DNA from: Octopus vulgaris
Lineage: Eukaryota
Reading direction: 5' to 3'
DNA length: 64,000 bases
Assembly (NCBI GenBank): GCA_951406725.2
Contig: OX597816.1
Span: forward strand, 175,088,001-175,152,000
Shown here: one piece after another, positions 36,635-52,200 of the stretch
Numbering within the stretch: position 1 is the first letter of the stretch
Layout: each line of letters starts with the position of its first letter
The notes under the pieces: model-generated
Told to the model about the DNA's origin: nothing
Seen by the model: the letters and a program-made list of their open reading frames with translations, nothing else
The model's database searches: none
Translations under genes and position numbers: made by a program

Positions 36635-38215
36635 GACTGGTGTAGCAGCACCATAGTCAACTGCTACAAAGGTAAAGGTGATGCTTTAGATACAAATAAT
36701 TACAGAGGTATCAAGTTATTGGATCAGGTAACGATGGTCACGGAGAGGGTCATAGCCCAACTAATTAGGGAGAGAGTCAGTTTAGATGAGATGCAGTTTG
36801 GGTTCATGTCAGGAAAAAAACCCACTGATGCTATATTTCTGGTAAGACAGCTGCAGGAGAAATACCTAGTCTAAGATAAACCTCTGTACCTGGCTTTCGT
36901 TAACATGAAAGCTTTCGACAGAGTCTCCCGATCCTTTATCTGGTGGTCAATAAGGAAACTAGGGATAGCTGAATGGTTAGTGAGAGCTGTGCGAGCCATG
37001 TACAAAGATGCTGTCAGTAAGGTGAGGGTTGGCAATGAGTACAGTGAAGAATTTCGGGTAGCGGTAGGTGTCCACCAAGGCTCAGTCCTCAGCCCCCTCC
37101 TATTTATCATAGTCCTCCAGGCAATAACAGAGGAATTCAAGACAGGATGCCCCTGGGAGCTCCTCTATGCTGACGACCTTGCTCTAATTGCTGAGTCATT
37201 ATCAGAACTAGAGAAGAAGTTTCAGGTGTGGAAACAAGGATTAGAATTGAAGGGCCTTAGAGTCAACCCAGCTGAAACCAAAGTCCTAATAAGTGAGAAG
37301 GTAGACAAACCACAAATCCCTTCAGGTTGATGGCCCTGTTCGATCTGTAGAAACTCTGTAAGATGTACCCAGTGTAAGCTATGGACATATAAGTGGTGCA
37401 GCAATATCAAAGGAAGGCTAACTGGGAAGATGTATGTTTTTGTATGTGGCAGATGCTCAGGAGCAATAAATAACACTGAAAATGTGCAGAGAACAACTTC
37501 TGCCACATTCCAGGGAGAAAAACTAGAAGTAGTTGATAGCTTCCGTTACCTTGGTGACCAACTCAGTAGCAAGGGAGGGTGTGCTGAAAGTGTAGCTGCT
37601 AGAATAAGAATAGCCTGGGCAAAGTTCAGAGAGCTCTTACTTCTGCTGGTGACAAAGGGCCTCTCACTCAGAGTGTATGACGCATGCGTACGAACAACCA
37701 TGCTACACGGCAATGAAACATGGGCCGTAACTGCTGAGGACATGCGTAAGCTCACAAGGAATGAAGCCAGTATGCTCCGATGGATGTGTAATGTCAGTGT
37801 ACATACTCAACAGAGTGCAAGTACCTTGAGAGAAAAGTTGGACCTAAGAAGCATCAGATGTGGTGTGCAAGAGAGATGACTGCGCTGGTATGGTCATGTG
37901 GTGAGAATGGATGAGGATAGCTGTGTGAAAAAGTGCCACACCCTAGCGGTTAAGGGAACCTGTGTAAGAGGTAGACCCAGGAAGACCTGGGATGAGGTGG
38001 TGAAGCACGACCTTTGAACATTAGGCCTCACCGAAGCAATGACTAGTGACCAAGACCTTTGGAAATATGCTTGAGAAGACCCAGCAAGCCAAGTGAGACC
38101 ATAACCTTGTGGCCTATGCCAGGGGTGTAACCAGCCCACTTATGCATACCTTTCCTTCATTGGATACTAAACTCTGCTTGCAAAGACCTGTTGAGGCAAA
38201 TGAAATCGAAATCAA
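36635..38215 (+). mobile_element. RTE-clade LINE ORF2 pseudogene with a Cys-rich PHD-like insert after the RT
   Basis: KGKGD....NYRGIKLL, GVHQGSVLSPLLF, LLYADDL, WPCSICR...CTQCKLW..KWCS...FVCGRC, GRPRKTW. Confidence 0.88.
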
Positions 38216-38825
38216 ATTTGATGACTGTCATCTGTGCTAATGGAGCACTAAGAGCAATATCCGAGCATGATCGTTGCAAGAGCAGCTGATTGGTTTCTGT
38301 GCCGGTGACATGTAAAAAGCACCATTCGCGCGTGATTGTTAGCAGCATTGCCTTACTGGCACTTGTGCCGGTGGCATGTGAAAAAACATTCAAGCAAAGT
38401 CATTGCCGGTGCCACTGGACTGGCTCCTGTGCAGATGGCACATAAAAAAACCATTTGAGCGTGGCCGTTGCCAGTACCACCTGACTGGCTCTCGTGCTCG
38501 TGTAACGCAAAAGCACCCACTACTCTCGGAGTAGTTGGTGTTAGGAAGGGCATCCAGCTGTAGAAACTCTGCCAGATCAGATTGGAGCCTTGTGTAGCCA
38601 TCTGGTTTGCCAGGCCTCAGTCAAATTGTCCAACCCATGCCAGCATGGAAAGCGGATGTTAAACGATGATGATGATGATGTTCAAACTGAACAGTAACTA
38701 CTTCAGTCTCATCCTCCTGTGATAGCCAGTGATAGTCATAGAACTTTTCCTTTTTCTCCAAAATTAAAAGAAAAAAGAAAACACCAAATGAATGAATGGT
38801 ACAAGAAACAAACAAAAATTCTTAC

Positions 38826-39032
38826 TTGAGAACATCTACAGAGGCTTCGTGGGTCAAGATAGGAGAAGATGAAGAGACTAAGGACACGAGGTAAAACACG
38901 AGTAAAGTCCTCTTGACAAACAGGTAGATGTTCATCAATACACTGTTTAACAAACTGAAGTTGCTTGGGGCTGCATCCTTTCACCATTGATAAAAGCATA
39001 AGAGATCGTTGCTCGTCTGACCATTTTTCAAA
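38826..39032 (-). CDS. FBXO16: FBXO16-like exon, F-box N-terminal half (FEKWSDEQRSLMLL...DFTRVLPRVLSLFIFSYLDPRSLCRCSQ)
   Basis: AG acceptor and GTAAG donor, 207 nt, phase 0-0. LPRVLSLFIFSYLDPRSLCRCSQ is nearly identical to the recalled FBXO16 F-box and closer to it than to the paralogous ECT2L N-terminus. Confidence 0.93.
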
Positions 39033-39351
39033 CTAGAATAAAAAGTTAGAAATTTAAATTCAGAGATGATTACTTAAGAAATTGTCAAATAAATTTATAT
39101 GATGTATATGATTTATCAAAGCCAATAGATAGATAGATCATTAGGGTACCAGCTGATTAGTTAGAGAGTTGTAAATAGATTGTATACCATTAGCAGTATC
39201 TCTGGCAAAGACATTTAAATCTAATGTATTCAGTTTCTGACTCTTGATGAACATTGCCAACATACTAAGATTCACTTTTGTGCTAAAACTATACACACAA
39301 CATACATATAAAATATAATAACAAAAGCATAAAAAGTACTTATCACTTACT

Positions 39352-39752
39352 CTCTCTTTATTCTTTTACTTGTTTCAGTCATTTGACTGTGGCCATGCTG
39401 GAGAACCTCCTTTAATCGAGCAACTCGACCCCGGGACTTATTCTTTGTAAGCCTAGTACTTATTCTATCGGTCTCTTTTTACCGAACCGCTAAGTGACGG
39501 GGACATAAACACACCAGCATCGGTTGTCAAGCAATGCTAGGGGGACAAACACAGACACACAAACATACACACACACATATATATATATACATATATCCAA
39601 CAGGCTTCTTTCAGTTTCCGTCTACCAAATCCACTCACAAGGCATTAGTCGGCCTGAGGCTATAGCAGAAGACACTTGCCCAAGATGCCACGCAGTGGGA
39701 CTGAACCCGGAACCATGTGGTTGGTAAGCAAGCTACTTACCACACAGCCACT
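39352..39752 (-). mobile_element. SINE family A
   Basis: Matches the family A sequence. Confidence 0.85.
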
Positions 39753-40135
39753 TCATAATTTTTTCTTCTATCTGACAAACTACTTCTCTTATAAAACAAT
39801 CACATTACCACTAGTGGAATATATAAACACTATCTAGTTATCTAACACTATAATATATATGCTACAATCTGAACAGTACAGTGAATTGCTGGCAGCACAC
39901 AAAGAAAAACAAGTGCTTCTAAAGAAACAATTAATACACAATACAAACCAGCATTTCAAGTTAATTCAATAACGAAGCATCTGAGTTAAGTGAAGGGAAC
40001 TTATATATCAAACCAATAAGAGGGCTTCTATACTGAATGAAAGAAGAGATCTTCTGAAGTAAACCAACAAAAGAACCTCTACTAGATGTGGGAGTTTCCA
40101 TGTAGTTATTTTGCCCAATTGATATAGTAATCAAT

Positions 40136-40530
40136 AGGCGGAGGAGTGGCTGTGTGGTAAGTAGCTTGCTTACCAACCACAAGGTTCCGGGTTCAGTCCC
40201 ACTGCGTGGCACCTTGGGCTAGTGTCTTCTACTATAGCCCCGGGCCAACCAAAGCCTTGTGAGTGAATTTGGTAGATGGAAACTGAAAGAAGCCTGTTGT
40301 ATATATGTATATATATATGTATGTGCGTGTGTGTTTGTGTGTCTGTGTTTGTCCCCTTAGCATTGCTTGACAATCGATGCTGGTGTGTTTATGTCCCCAT
40401 CAATTAGCGGTTCGGCAAAAGAGACCAATAGAATAAGTACTGGGCTTACAAAGAATAAGTCCCGGGGTCGAGTTGCTCGATTAAAGGCGGTGCTCCAGCA
40501 TGGCCGCAGTCAAAATGACTGAAATAAGTA
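40136..40530 (+). mobile_element. SINE family A
   Basis: Matches the family A sequence. Confidence 0.85.
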
Positions 40531-41190
40531 AAAAAAAAAAAAAAAACTCTTAAAGGAACTACATATGTTAAGTTTGAAGACAAAAGCTACCATTCACCAC
40601 AATAAAATATGGTTGTTCATGGTTCTAAAAGCTAATCAAATGCTTGCTTCCTTTGATAAGCTTTCTCCTTTGGTTTTCTCTAAGTGTTGAACAGAGTGCT
40701 GCAATAACAACTATATTCTCACATGACAAGCAATTATTCAACAATCCAGCTAATGAGCCAAAGATGATATGTGTGCTAAAAATAGCACCAAAATTATACT
40801 CTAGCCCTAGGTGCATTATATTTCAGTGGAAGGTGGGATGATCACTTGGAATACATGTAATTCAGCTCAATAAGGCTGGCTTGGGGATAAACAACAATCA
40901 TACCATGCATCCCCAGGCATCATCATCACCATTTTTACATAGTTTTATATGTTGGCATGGGTTTGATGCGTTTACAAGTATTGAGCCAGTATATATATAT
41001 ATGTATCATCATCATCATCATCGTTTGACGTCCGCTTTCCATGCTAGCATGGGTTGGACGGTTCGACTGGGGTCTGGAAAGCCAGGAGGCTGCACCAGGC
41101 TCCAGTCTGATCTGGCAGTGTTTCTACAGCTGGATGCCCTTCCTAACGCTAGTATATATGTATATATGTATATATATATATACACACATG

Positions 41191-42563
<1,373 letters not shown>

Positions 42564-43385
42564 GTATATAAATATATTTTTTTCTCTCTAGCTTTATCTC
42601 AGAGTTGCGGTCATGCTGATGCACCGCCGTTTTGTGCTACACTGTTATTGCGAAATAAAAAGCTGTGGGCCCTTGAAACCCAGGCTGTTGCAGAAGCTGG
42701 TCCTGAAGCGTGATGGCATTGCTGGGATCTTTGGCACTATGCAGTGTTGTTGCTCTCCAGAAAGGGTTATAGTCATGGCTCACTTATACATTCCATTTTT
42801 GGCACATTTTCTATTGCCAACCCATTTACAGAGTGTACTGGTAGTATTTATTCTGGAATTCACACCAAGAGATTGTTATATCCTTAGCAAGAAAGAACAG
42901 TTTTCAACATTTTACAGAATATACTGGGTGCATTTTATTGTGATAAATACCAGCTTTAGAGAAATTATCTTGGCCTCAGCAACACCGAAGTCGCATTTGT
43001 TTGTTAACTAGCACCATAGAGTTATCTTATCACCGAGAGGCAGAAGATAGAGTAATGAAAGAAGGCCAGAGTGAGAGGGTGAGTGAAGGGCGAGTAATGA
43101 AAGAGAACTATAAGATAGGAGAGAAAGAGTAAGAATAAAAGAAAGAAAGAGAAAGCTTAATAAGCAGTTACATAATGATCAGATTAAAAGTTAGTAAGGA
43201 GATTCAAGTAAGGAGATAGCATAGTTGATATGATAGAAAAGAGAAAGAAAAGGGAAAGAGGATAATAGAAAAGTAATAGAAAAGTGAAAGAGTGGTGATG
43301 GGAGAGTGCTGAGGAAGAGTGTGAAGGAAGATAGTTAGGTAGAGTGACAGATAACAATGATGATGGGTGATAGTAAAAGATGGTT

Positions 43386-43769
43386 GGAAGCACTCCATCG
43401 GTTACAACAACGAGGGTTCCGGTTGATCCGAATCAACGGAACAGCCTGCTTGTGAAATTAACGTGTAAGTGGCTGAGCACTCCACAGACACGTGTACCCT
43501 TAACGTAGTTCTCGGGGATATTCAGTGTGACACAGAGAGTGACAAGGCCGGCCCTTTGAAATACAGGTACAACAGAAACAGGAAGTAAGAGTGAGAGAAA
43601 GTTGTGGTGAAAGAGTACAGCAGGGATCACCACCATCCCCTGCCGAAGCCTTGTGGAGCTTTTAGGTGTTTTTGCTCAATAAACACTCACAACGCCCGGT
43701 CTGGGAATCGAAACCGCGATCCTATGACCACGAGTCCACTGCCCTAACCACTGGGCCATTGCACCTCCA
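43386..43769 (-). mobile_element. SINE family D (tRNA-derived)
   Basis: A box TGGCCCAGTGG, B box GGTTTCGATTCCC; near-identical to 54904-55285. Confidence 0.85.
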
Positions 43770-45346
43770 TAGTAAAAGAGTAGGAGTGATGAATAGTGGG
43801 ACATCATTAATGAATAAAAGGTGAGGGAATAATGGGGAAGACAGACAGTAATGACTAGCAATAAAAATGATGGAAAAGTAAGGTGGAGAGTGAATATGGA
43901 CTGAGATACATGCAAGAGAGATAGAGTAGGAGGTGAGAGTGATAAATAAGAATTACAAAGAGGAGAAAGAATAGGTAAAGGTTTAAGAAGAACATAATGG
44001 TCAGGAAGGATCCAAATATAAAATTATACATCCCAATCTCTATCGTCATAAATCTTTAATAATCCTTTTTCCCTACATGGGTTTGGTGAGTCCTCTTCAG
44101 CACAGCACTCCACAACTAACCACAGTCCTTTGTCATCTCCTCCATGTAGTTCAGCATCTGAAGATCAGTTTTCATCACATAGTCCCATGTCTTCTTTGGT
44201 CCCTCTCTTTCACAGTTTCTGTTCACTTTAAGTGGACAGCAATTCTGGTAATTAGCATCCTCTGTATACATAGCATGACTATACCAGTAATCTTTTCTCT
44301 CACACATTACATCAGATTCCTCTGATATCCATTTATCCTCTCAGCTTATCTGTGCTCCACCATTCAAGTGCATTAACTTTACACAGTCAGAAGAACATTT
44401 TCACTTTATTTCTTTCCAACCTTCACAAATTCTCTGCATTCAAAGCCTACTTTTCACTACTATGCAGCAGTGTACTTTATACATAAGCATTGCACAGTTA
44501 ACTCTTAACTCTGGGGGGGGGGGGGACTCTTTACTGTCGGCAGTGGTAAAGTTTCCTGAACCTTTTTTTTTGTCATGTTCTTACTCTGGCAATTACACTT
44601 CTAGATAATTAGCACCTTTACTGTTAATTAGTTGACTTAAATAAATTTCTTCAGTATTAAGATTATATTTATATAACACAGATTCCCCATAATCTGAAAC
44701 ATTGGCAAATACAGCGCCCATAGCACACCAATCTTTACATTGTGCACATATAAAACCCTATTACAACAATAGGTTTGAAGTATGAGAGGTGAATAAATTT
44801 ATTTAACCATCTATAGGGTTACAACTGTTTTGCAGCCTCCTTCATGTAATAATTTCAGTGTCAGATCAATTATGTTTACAGAAATATGCATGCTATGCAT
44901 TATACAATAGAACTATATATTCACAAATCTATGCAGATTAAGAATGCTAGCTTATCAGATTACTAGAACATCACAATTATACCAATGACATGTGAATATA
45001 CAATATTCACATATGCAATAATTCATTGCAAACATGTAAACACAATTTAGTCCACATTGAAATTAGAGCTACAGGAACAAGGTTGTGAAAAGGCTATAAT
45101 CTAACTGAAGTCAAGTGGTTAAATAAAAATATTATACTCTCGTATCTCCTGACATTCTATGGTTTATAAACTCCTTGTGAAATAATTTCATTGATTGGAT
45201 CTTCTACATTCAAGTTTCATGGACATTCTGCATTATGCTCCTCTGCATTGGATTACTATGTGGTCTGTTAGCCAAGTCCATTAGAGATGCATTCTGTCAT
45301 AACCATATAATTCTCAGAATTCATATCTTATGCAACTAATTTATGT

Positions 45347-45379
<33 letters not shown>

Positions 45380-45649
45380 CAGAGCGGCTAACCGACTTCC
45401 GTGCCAGTGGCACATAAAAGGGCACCATGCGAGTGTGATCATTACCAGCGTTGCCTTACTGGCACTTGTGCCCGTGCTGGTAGAGTGCCAAGAGCACCAT
45501 CCGAGTGTGATCGTTGCCAGAACAGCAAACTGGCTCCGTGCCAGTGACACGTAAAAGGGCACCATTTGAGTGTGATCATTACCAACGTTGCCTTACTGGC
45601 ACCTGTGCCGGTGGCATGTGTAAAAAGATTCGAGCGAGGTAAGTGAATG

Positions 45650-48380
45650 GGGGGGTGACTTTAACAGGGTGAAAAGGTAGCTACTCTTACCAAATATTGG
45701 GTGGTTTGAAAATGTGTTACACCTAATAATTGTTTTATTGCTAGAGTTTAGGAACTTCTTAATGTTAGGCGGGGCCCTATGTATTTGCAAGGTGTATTAT
45801 TATGGAATGTTTGAAGCAGGTGAGTATGCAAGGTGACTATTCATGTGTTTCATGTGTTACTCTGTTAATTAGACTTATAAAGATGAGCATTCTAGTTTGG
45901 AATTATGGAGGCATAGAGGGCTGCATGAAGACAAGAGAGGCTATTCTACCGGTATTTTGAAAATACATAATGGCCCATGTGGAGATAAAAAATTTTGTTC
46001 TCAAATTTCCTGTTGAGAAGATTTTGTTTAATCCTAAGTATAGCTAGGCATTCTGATAGGCAGAGATCGCAGCGTCTATTTGTGGTTTTGTAGGAGGTTG
46101 TTTTTGTGAGTATATGCCAGTTTAAGCTAAAATCTATTTTTTTAATCCTTAAGTTCCCAGATGTATGCACTTATCCCTGTTGAGTTAACCTTATTCCTAT
46201 TTCTGAAGCTGGATAGAAGCGTATTATATCTGAGAATCATTTGCTTCTTAGTTGCACCTCTGTATGATTTTGTCTGGTTGTCAGTGCAGACGTCACATTG
46301 GTAAACTATGTTATTTGTCTTACATCTATTTGAGAATTGGCACTTTGTTCTATCACTACAACCGCATAAATAATTAGGTGTATCTACGTCCGTACTGTAT
46401 TGTGGGGGCCAATTATTATTCAGGTCTGTACCTAAGTAGGCAGGAGGCGTTGCGTTAGTGGGGGGCTTGGTCCTATTAGTTGGTTGGTTAGTACTTTTAT
46501 TGTTCACAATCTTTCTAGTTTCGTAGAATTTGTCAAGTTTTTTTATTATTCATTGAGGTTATTATTGTGGCTAAGTTATTAGTCAGACTGTGACCTATTC
46601 TGATTTTGTTCCTAAATAATTCTGTCTATTTATTATTAACGTTTAGGTGTTTGTCTATGATTTTCATTAATGGCCGAACTATATTTGATTTGAGGTGCAT
46701 GGTGTAGGGGATTACGAGCCAGATATTATCGCTATTTTGTTTGTCTTTTGTGTTGTCTTCCCTAGTGTAGGAGCTTCCCTCCTTGTTTGTGATTTGTGTG
46801 AAGTTATGGTTGTATGTACCTTGGTTATATCTATAGTTATGTTTCACTTTCGTGTTAGTTGTGTCTGTCCTATTGGTGCTATTATCGTAGGGTTCATGTG
46901 GGTTTAAGGGCCTAGTTTTTTGCTATTATTAGGGTTCATATTAGTTGGCTGGGTGACTTTGGTTTTATTGATACCGCTGTATAGGTTTATGCTATTAATT
47001 TTGTAGGTGTTGTTATTTTGGGACTTATTTGCGTACTTTGTGTTATTAGTTATGTTAATATTGTTAATCTTATTTAATATCAGTTTCTCAGTATTAGTGT
47101 TGTGGTTATATTTGTTGTTGTTTGTGGTTTGTGCATAGGCATTGTTCATTTTAGTGTTGTTTCTATTGGGGTTATCCATAATTATTTTGTTGTTGTTGTT
47201 GTTTGTGGTGATGCATGGTGTTTGGTTGGCGTTAGTGGGTTCCTATTATTTGGGCTGCTTGTAGGGTGATTAGGGTTTAGGTATTTGATTTTTTGTTCAT
47301 ATCCGGATTTCTGCAGTGTGGAGTTATAGGCTTCTTTATGTCTGTTAAAGATGTCCATATTGAAAGAGAGGAGTGGTATTCTATTGTTAATTCTCTTAAT
47401 AAAGTTGGGGTGATTACTTGCAGCGTTAATGTATTTGAGGTCCATGTTGGGTTTCATGTAGGGTTCATAGAATCCTGTGGCTAGGTCGCAGGTTGTGTCT
47501 AAGTACTTAATAGAGGTGTGTTCCTTTTCAATAGAAATAGATAGTCCAAATCTTTTGAAGAATTTATGTATTTTTTATTGATAAGCTCTAGTTTTCTATT
47601 TGTGGGTTTCTTAATTATGAAGAGAGCATCATCCCTGTATAATTCGCCTTTGAGTTTCGGGAATTCGTCCTGTATGTATGATAGCAGATAGATGCCTACC
47701 AGGTCAGTTTCTTGTGCTAAATCTGGGGCTCCCATGGTAATATCAAAAGAGTTAGGGATATCTTTACGTACCCAGAGTTTGTTATCAAAGATAATAAGTG
47801 ATTTCCTCGCTTCCAATATTATATTTATTTCCTTCCTGTTCAATAGCGTTTGATTTTTTGGTGTATATTAGGGCACTATTGAGGATCGTAGGGTTAATTG
47901 AGGAGTAGTAGTCTACTATGTCTATCTGTATGAATTTGTAGTTGCTCTTGTTCTGTATGCTGGAGAACCAGTTGATGGCTTCATATGTGTTGGACCATAA
48001 TTCCAGGGTTATTTTACTTTTAAGCTTAGGGATGTATTTATCGAGTATTAGTTTGCTTAATTTACATCATCTGATTTGTTAGGGCATATTAATCTTACTT
48101 TAGTATCGGTTAGGAAGTTAGATTTATGGTCTTTTATAGTGATGCAAGGTCTGGATGGCACGAAGGGTTCGGTTTTGTCTTCTAAGTTGTAGTCATTCAT
48201 AATTTCCTTGGCTGCTAACTTCATAGATCTTAAGGTTCTATCTGGTGCTAATTTATATCTTTTAGTGATTTCCTTATGTAGCACTTGGTGGTATAAGTTG
48301 ACTTCCAGGGTGTAAGAATTCCTAGTTTTGTCCGAGTGGACAATAATTCCGTTCTGTGATTTTAGCTTATATAGCAGGTC
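45650..48380 (-). mobile_element. Naiad-type Penelope-like element, decayed RT plus GIY-YIG
   Basis: DKTRN, ITIKDHK.NF...RLICPNKS, FDITMGA, GELYRDD, MKPN..LKYINA.SNHP; EN NIVYQC..Y.GAT...STGISAYIWELK...CDLCLSE. Confidence 0.88.
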
Positions 48381-48459
48381 CTTTATGCATATATTTGTAT
48401 ATATGCATATATATATATATGTATACATATTTATACACACACACATATATATATATATA

Positions 48460-48503
<44 letters not shown>

Positions 48504-48514
48504 CACACACACAT

Positions 48515-48594
<80 letters not shown>

Positions 48595-48627
48595 GAGTTT
48601 AACGCAGGTGTAATTCAAATTCTTTTA

Positions 48628-48714
48628 CTTCCAACACATGTTTCAAAGATATCACTGATATTATTCCAAAGGAATAAAATGGTGTAAAACAGTGTAATCT
48701 TCTCTTCAGAGAAG
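48628..48714 (-). ncRNA. Type I hammerhead motif with long stem II (family of 6599-6685), core intact
   Basis: cttct-CTGAAGA-gaagattacactg...cagtgatatcttt-GAAAC-atgt-GTT-ggaag. Confidence 0.75.
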
Positions 48715-49225
48715 TGAAGAAACAAAACTTGTCAATAAGACATTTTAATAGAAAATGATGGATATGTATAGTGATTAACTGAACGCTATTAATATTGTTT
48801 CAAAAAGACGTTATATGATATAACGTCAGAGGTAGCCTACAGAAAGAGAAAGGATAAATAAATCCTCTAGTAAACGCGGTTATAGAGCGTGCATACTGAT
48901 GTAAACATTAGCAGAAACACACCTTTAGTTCATATAAGTGATAGCTATCATTATATATAATTTAAACATTGATTTTCTTCTTACATTTCACATTCACTAG
49001 ATATATATTTTTCCTAGTCTATAAGGTTTTATTTAATATACATATAGACATATACTTCTCATTTATTTAGTTTTTCTTTACTTTATCCCTCCTCTTTCTA
49101 TAGGCTACCTCTGACGTCATATCATATAACATTTTTTTTAAACAATATTTATAGCATTCAGTAAATCACTATACATATCCATCATATTCTGTTAAAATGT
49201 CTTATTGACGAGTTTCATTTCTTCA

Positions 49226-49312
49226 TTTCCCTGAAGAGAAGATTACATTGTTTAACATCATTTTATTCCTTTGGAATAATACCAGTGATATCTTTGAAAC
49301 ATGTGTCAGAAG
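49226..49312 (+). ncRNA. Hammerhead motif, identical by eye to 6599-6685
   Basis: Same sequence at offset 42627. Confidence 0.7.
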
Positions 49313-49511
49313 CAAAAGAATTTGAATAACACCTGTGTTTAACTCCATTTATTTATTTATATATATTATACAAAATATTTCATGTAAACCCGGAGTTTCT
49401 ACCTTTAAAAACAAGGAGTTATGCCCTTTTTACTTGTGTGATTTTTTGCTACCCTGGTAACTATTTATCTATTTTTTCCGTGTTAATTGTTAACAAGGGA
49501 AAAATACACAC

Positions 49512-49543
<32 letters not shown>

Positions 49544-49568
49544 GAATATATAGATATATAAATGTATA

Positions 49569-49626
<58 letters not shown>

Positions 49627-50937
49627 AAATAAAAAATAGGACAAGAACGCAAAACATCCGGACAACTAGGTGATACAAAAAGGGACAACAAAACATCCAG
49701 ATAGATGATACAAAAAAACAGGGTGGGTCATTTGAAGTTTTCTATCTTCAGTCAAGAACCAGATTATCCTCGCAATTTTGGCTGATTATTCTTGAGATTG
49801 CTCCAATCTGGCCAGCCCCAAGGAAAAACTAAGCTAAGAGCATTAGATTCCTTGGAAGAAAGCAGTGAATGTATACAAAAACAAGGATGGCAAAAACAAA
49901 CAATGCTACACAAATATAAATACAATAAAAATAATAACAGACATAACAACAGGTGTCTTTCGACTAAGGACGAATTGAATTAAGCTGGCGCATGTGGAAA
50001 TGAAGCCTTACTGCAGAGATACAACAGTTTCACAAACACAGGGAAGTATATCGATGTTGCATGGACCACAGTCAGACCAAGAAAGAGAGAGCGCAGGCTG
50101 GCTGATCAGTGACATGGGAAGAGAAAAGAGAGTAGAAGCAGAGAGTTGGTGGTTTATCTCTTATTATAAAAGGCAGATTTTATCTGCCTCCCTTTGGGAG
50201 TTATACAAATCTACAATATAGGATTTCTTCAATTACAATTTACCTAGCAGTTTTAAGAGTACAATGCATCGCGTCATGCCAGGTCCAGTTTTTAAAATTT
50301 AAACTCCAATTAAGCAAAATTTACAGAAAACTCACATTCTGGTGTGTGTGTCAAATGCTTTTCTTAGTCTGGTTTACACCACACGCAAACGCACACACAC
50401 AGTGGGCAACGAATAAAATGAAAGTAAATGTAATATTTGTTTCTGTCTATCACGCTGATAGATACATGAGTAAAATGTATGGGAAGCTAACAGATAACAG
50501 TGAGTGAAAATGTTCTTGGAAGAGAGTAAATTAGCGACAGTGATTTGAGGAAGACTAAACTGAAACTATGAAACAGTGTTTATGTATAAACAGACGACAC
50601 TTATATAAACCCTTTCGTTACCAAACCGCCCGAATTTACCTATTCATATTTAAATGAGAATATCAGAGTAAATCTCTTTAGTACATTCGTGAAAACACGT
50701 ATTATACTTCGTAAACACTTCAAATACAGTTTTGTACAAAAATCGAAGTGTAATTTTAATTCCGTGAATTATGGGAGATTTTTTTCCGAAATTTGTTCCT
50801 ATTGTGTTTTCAAAATTTGTAATTCTGACAAAAAATGGATACGAATTTCATTATATCAAGCAGCGAGTCAGAATTCGAAGGATTTTCTACTGAAGACCTT
50901 CATAAATCTAACTCTATGACTGAAAAAAAAAAAAGCA

Positions 50938-51329
50938 TCTTTATATAAGAGTGAAGTTGTGTGTCTGTCCCCTTCGATTTACATTCGTAATTACTCCCAC
51001 ATTTTGCGGTGCAGTTTAACCAAAAGCGGGTATCTTATAGTCGTGATTCATATCGAGCCCTTCTGGGTATTACCACGCATCTACGATGAGTCTACGATTT
51101 AAAAAAATTTACCATCATATTTTTCCATTTTAATGCATTTTTTTCGCTTTTATATAAGGGAAGTAACTCTCTAAAAATATCTACGATGTGTCAACGATTT
51201 AAAAAAAATTTACCTTAATTTTTTTCAATTTTTAATGCATTTTTTTGCTATTTTTTGGCTATAACTCTCTAAAAATGCTTATATAGTTATTTCCCTTACA
51301 AACCGAGCAACGCCGGGCAATACTGCTAG
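50938..51329 (+). mobile_element. Non-autonomous Helitron
   Basis: a|TCTTTATATAAG...ccgagcaacgccgggcaatactgCTAG|t. 3' part shared with 31689-32071; 5' part shared with 63893-64000. Confidence 0.85.
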
Positions 51330-51549
51330 TTTATAAATAAAACGAAGGGAGGTAACTCTAGATTTAAATAGCTCAAACAACTTATTAATCAACCAACCAA
51401 GTAATTAAATAATTAACTAATTAATTAATTAATTAATCAATCAATCAATCCGATCATTGATTCTATAATGGGGTTGCATATCATAGTCTATTATCATATA
51501 CATATATAATACATATATATATATATATATATATGCTTTTTACGTGCCA

Positions 51550-51586
<37 letters not shown>

Positions 51587-51791
51587 GGCACGTAAAAAGC
51601 ACCTACTACACTCACGGAGTGGTTGGCGTTAGGAAGGGCATCCAGCCGTAGAAACACTGCCAGATCAGACTGGGCCTGATGCAGCCTTCTGACTTCACAG
51701 ACCCCAGTTGAACTGTCCAACCCATGCTAGCATGGAAAGCGGATGCTAAATGATGATGATGATGATGATGATATATATATATATATATATA

Positions 51792-52200
51792 GGCGCAGGA
51801 GTGGCTGTGTGGTAAGTAGCTTGCTAACCAACCACATGGTTCCGGGTTCAGTCCCACTGCGTGGCATCTTGGGCAAGTGTCTTCTGCTATAGCCCCGGGC
51901 CGACCAATGCCTTGTGAGTGGATTTGGTAAACAGAAACTGAAAGAAGCCTGTCGTATATATGTATATATATAGAAGTGTGTGTGTATATGTTTGTGTGTC
52001 TGTGTTTGTCCCCCTAGCATTGCTTGACAACCGATGCTGATGTGTTTACGTCCCCGTCACTTAGCGGTTCGGCAAAAGAGACCGATAGAATAAGTACTGA
52101 GCTTACAAAGAATAAGTCCCAGGGTCGATTTGCTCGACTAAAGGCGGTGCTCCAGCATGGCCGTAGTCAAATGACTGAAACAAGTAAAAGAGTAAAGAGT
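51792..52200 (+). mobile_element. SINE family A, full length
   Basis: Matches the family A sequence. Confidence 0.88.

Larger units (their letters stand above)
48593..49512. mobile_element. ORF-less Penelope-like element with diverged inverted pLTRs, each with a hammerhead
   Basis: About 48595-48860 is a diverged reverse complement of about 49080-49347; flanked by (TA)n. Confidence 0.65.

Noticed and set aside
38826-39032. ECT2L assignment
   Set aside because: ECT2L shares this N-terminal F-box, but LDPRSLCRC and PWKRADLHPKDLIRYNYL fit FBXO16, and no DH/PH exons were seen.
43690-43769. tRNA gene
   Set aside because: tRNA-like A/B boxes are the head of SINE family D, continuous with the SINE body in both copies.
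45946-47843. Selenocysteine recoding, known in some Naiads
   Set aside because: The interruptions examined are TAA/TAG or frameshifts rather than TGA at Cys positions, and no SECIS was recognised.
49740-49830. CTGAAGA on minus as a further hammerhead
   Set aside because: No correctly ordered GAAA/NUH or closing stem I could be built.
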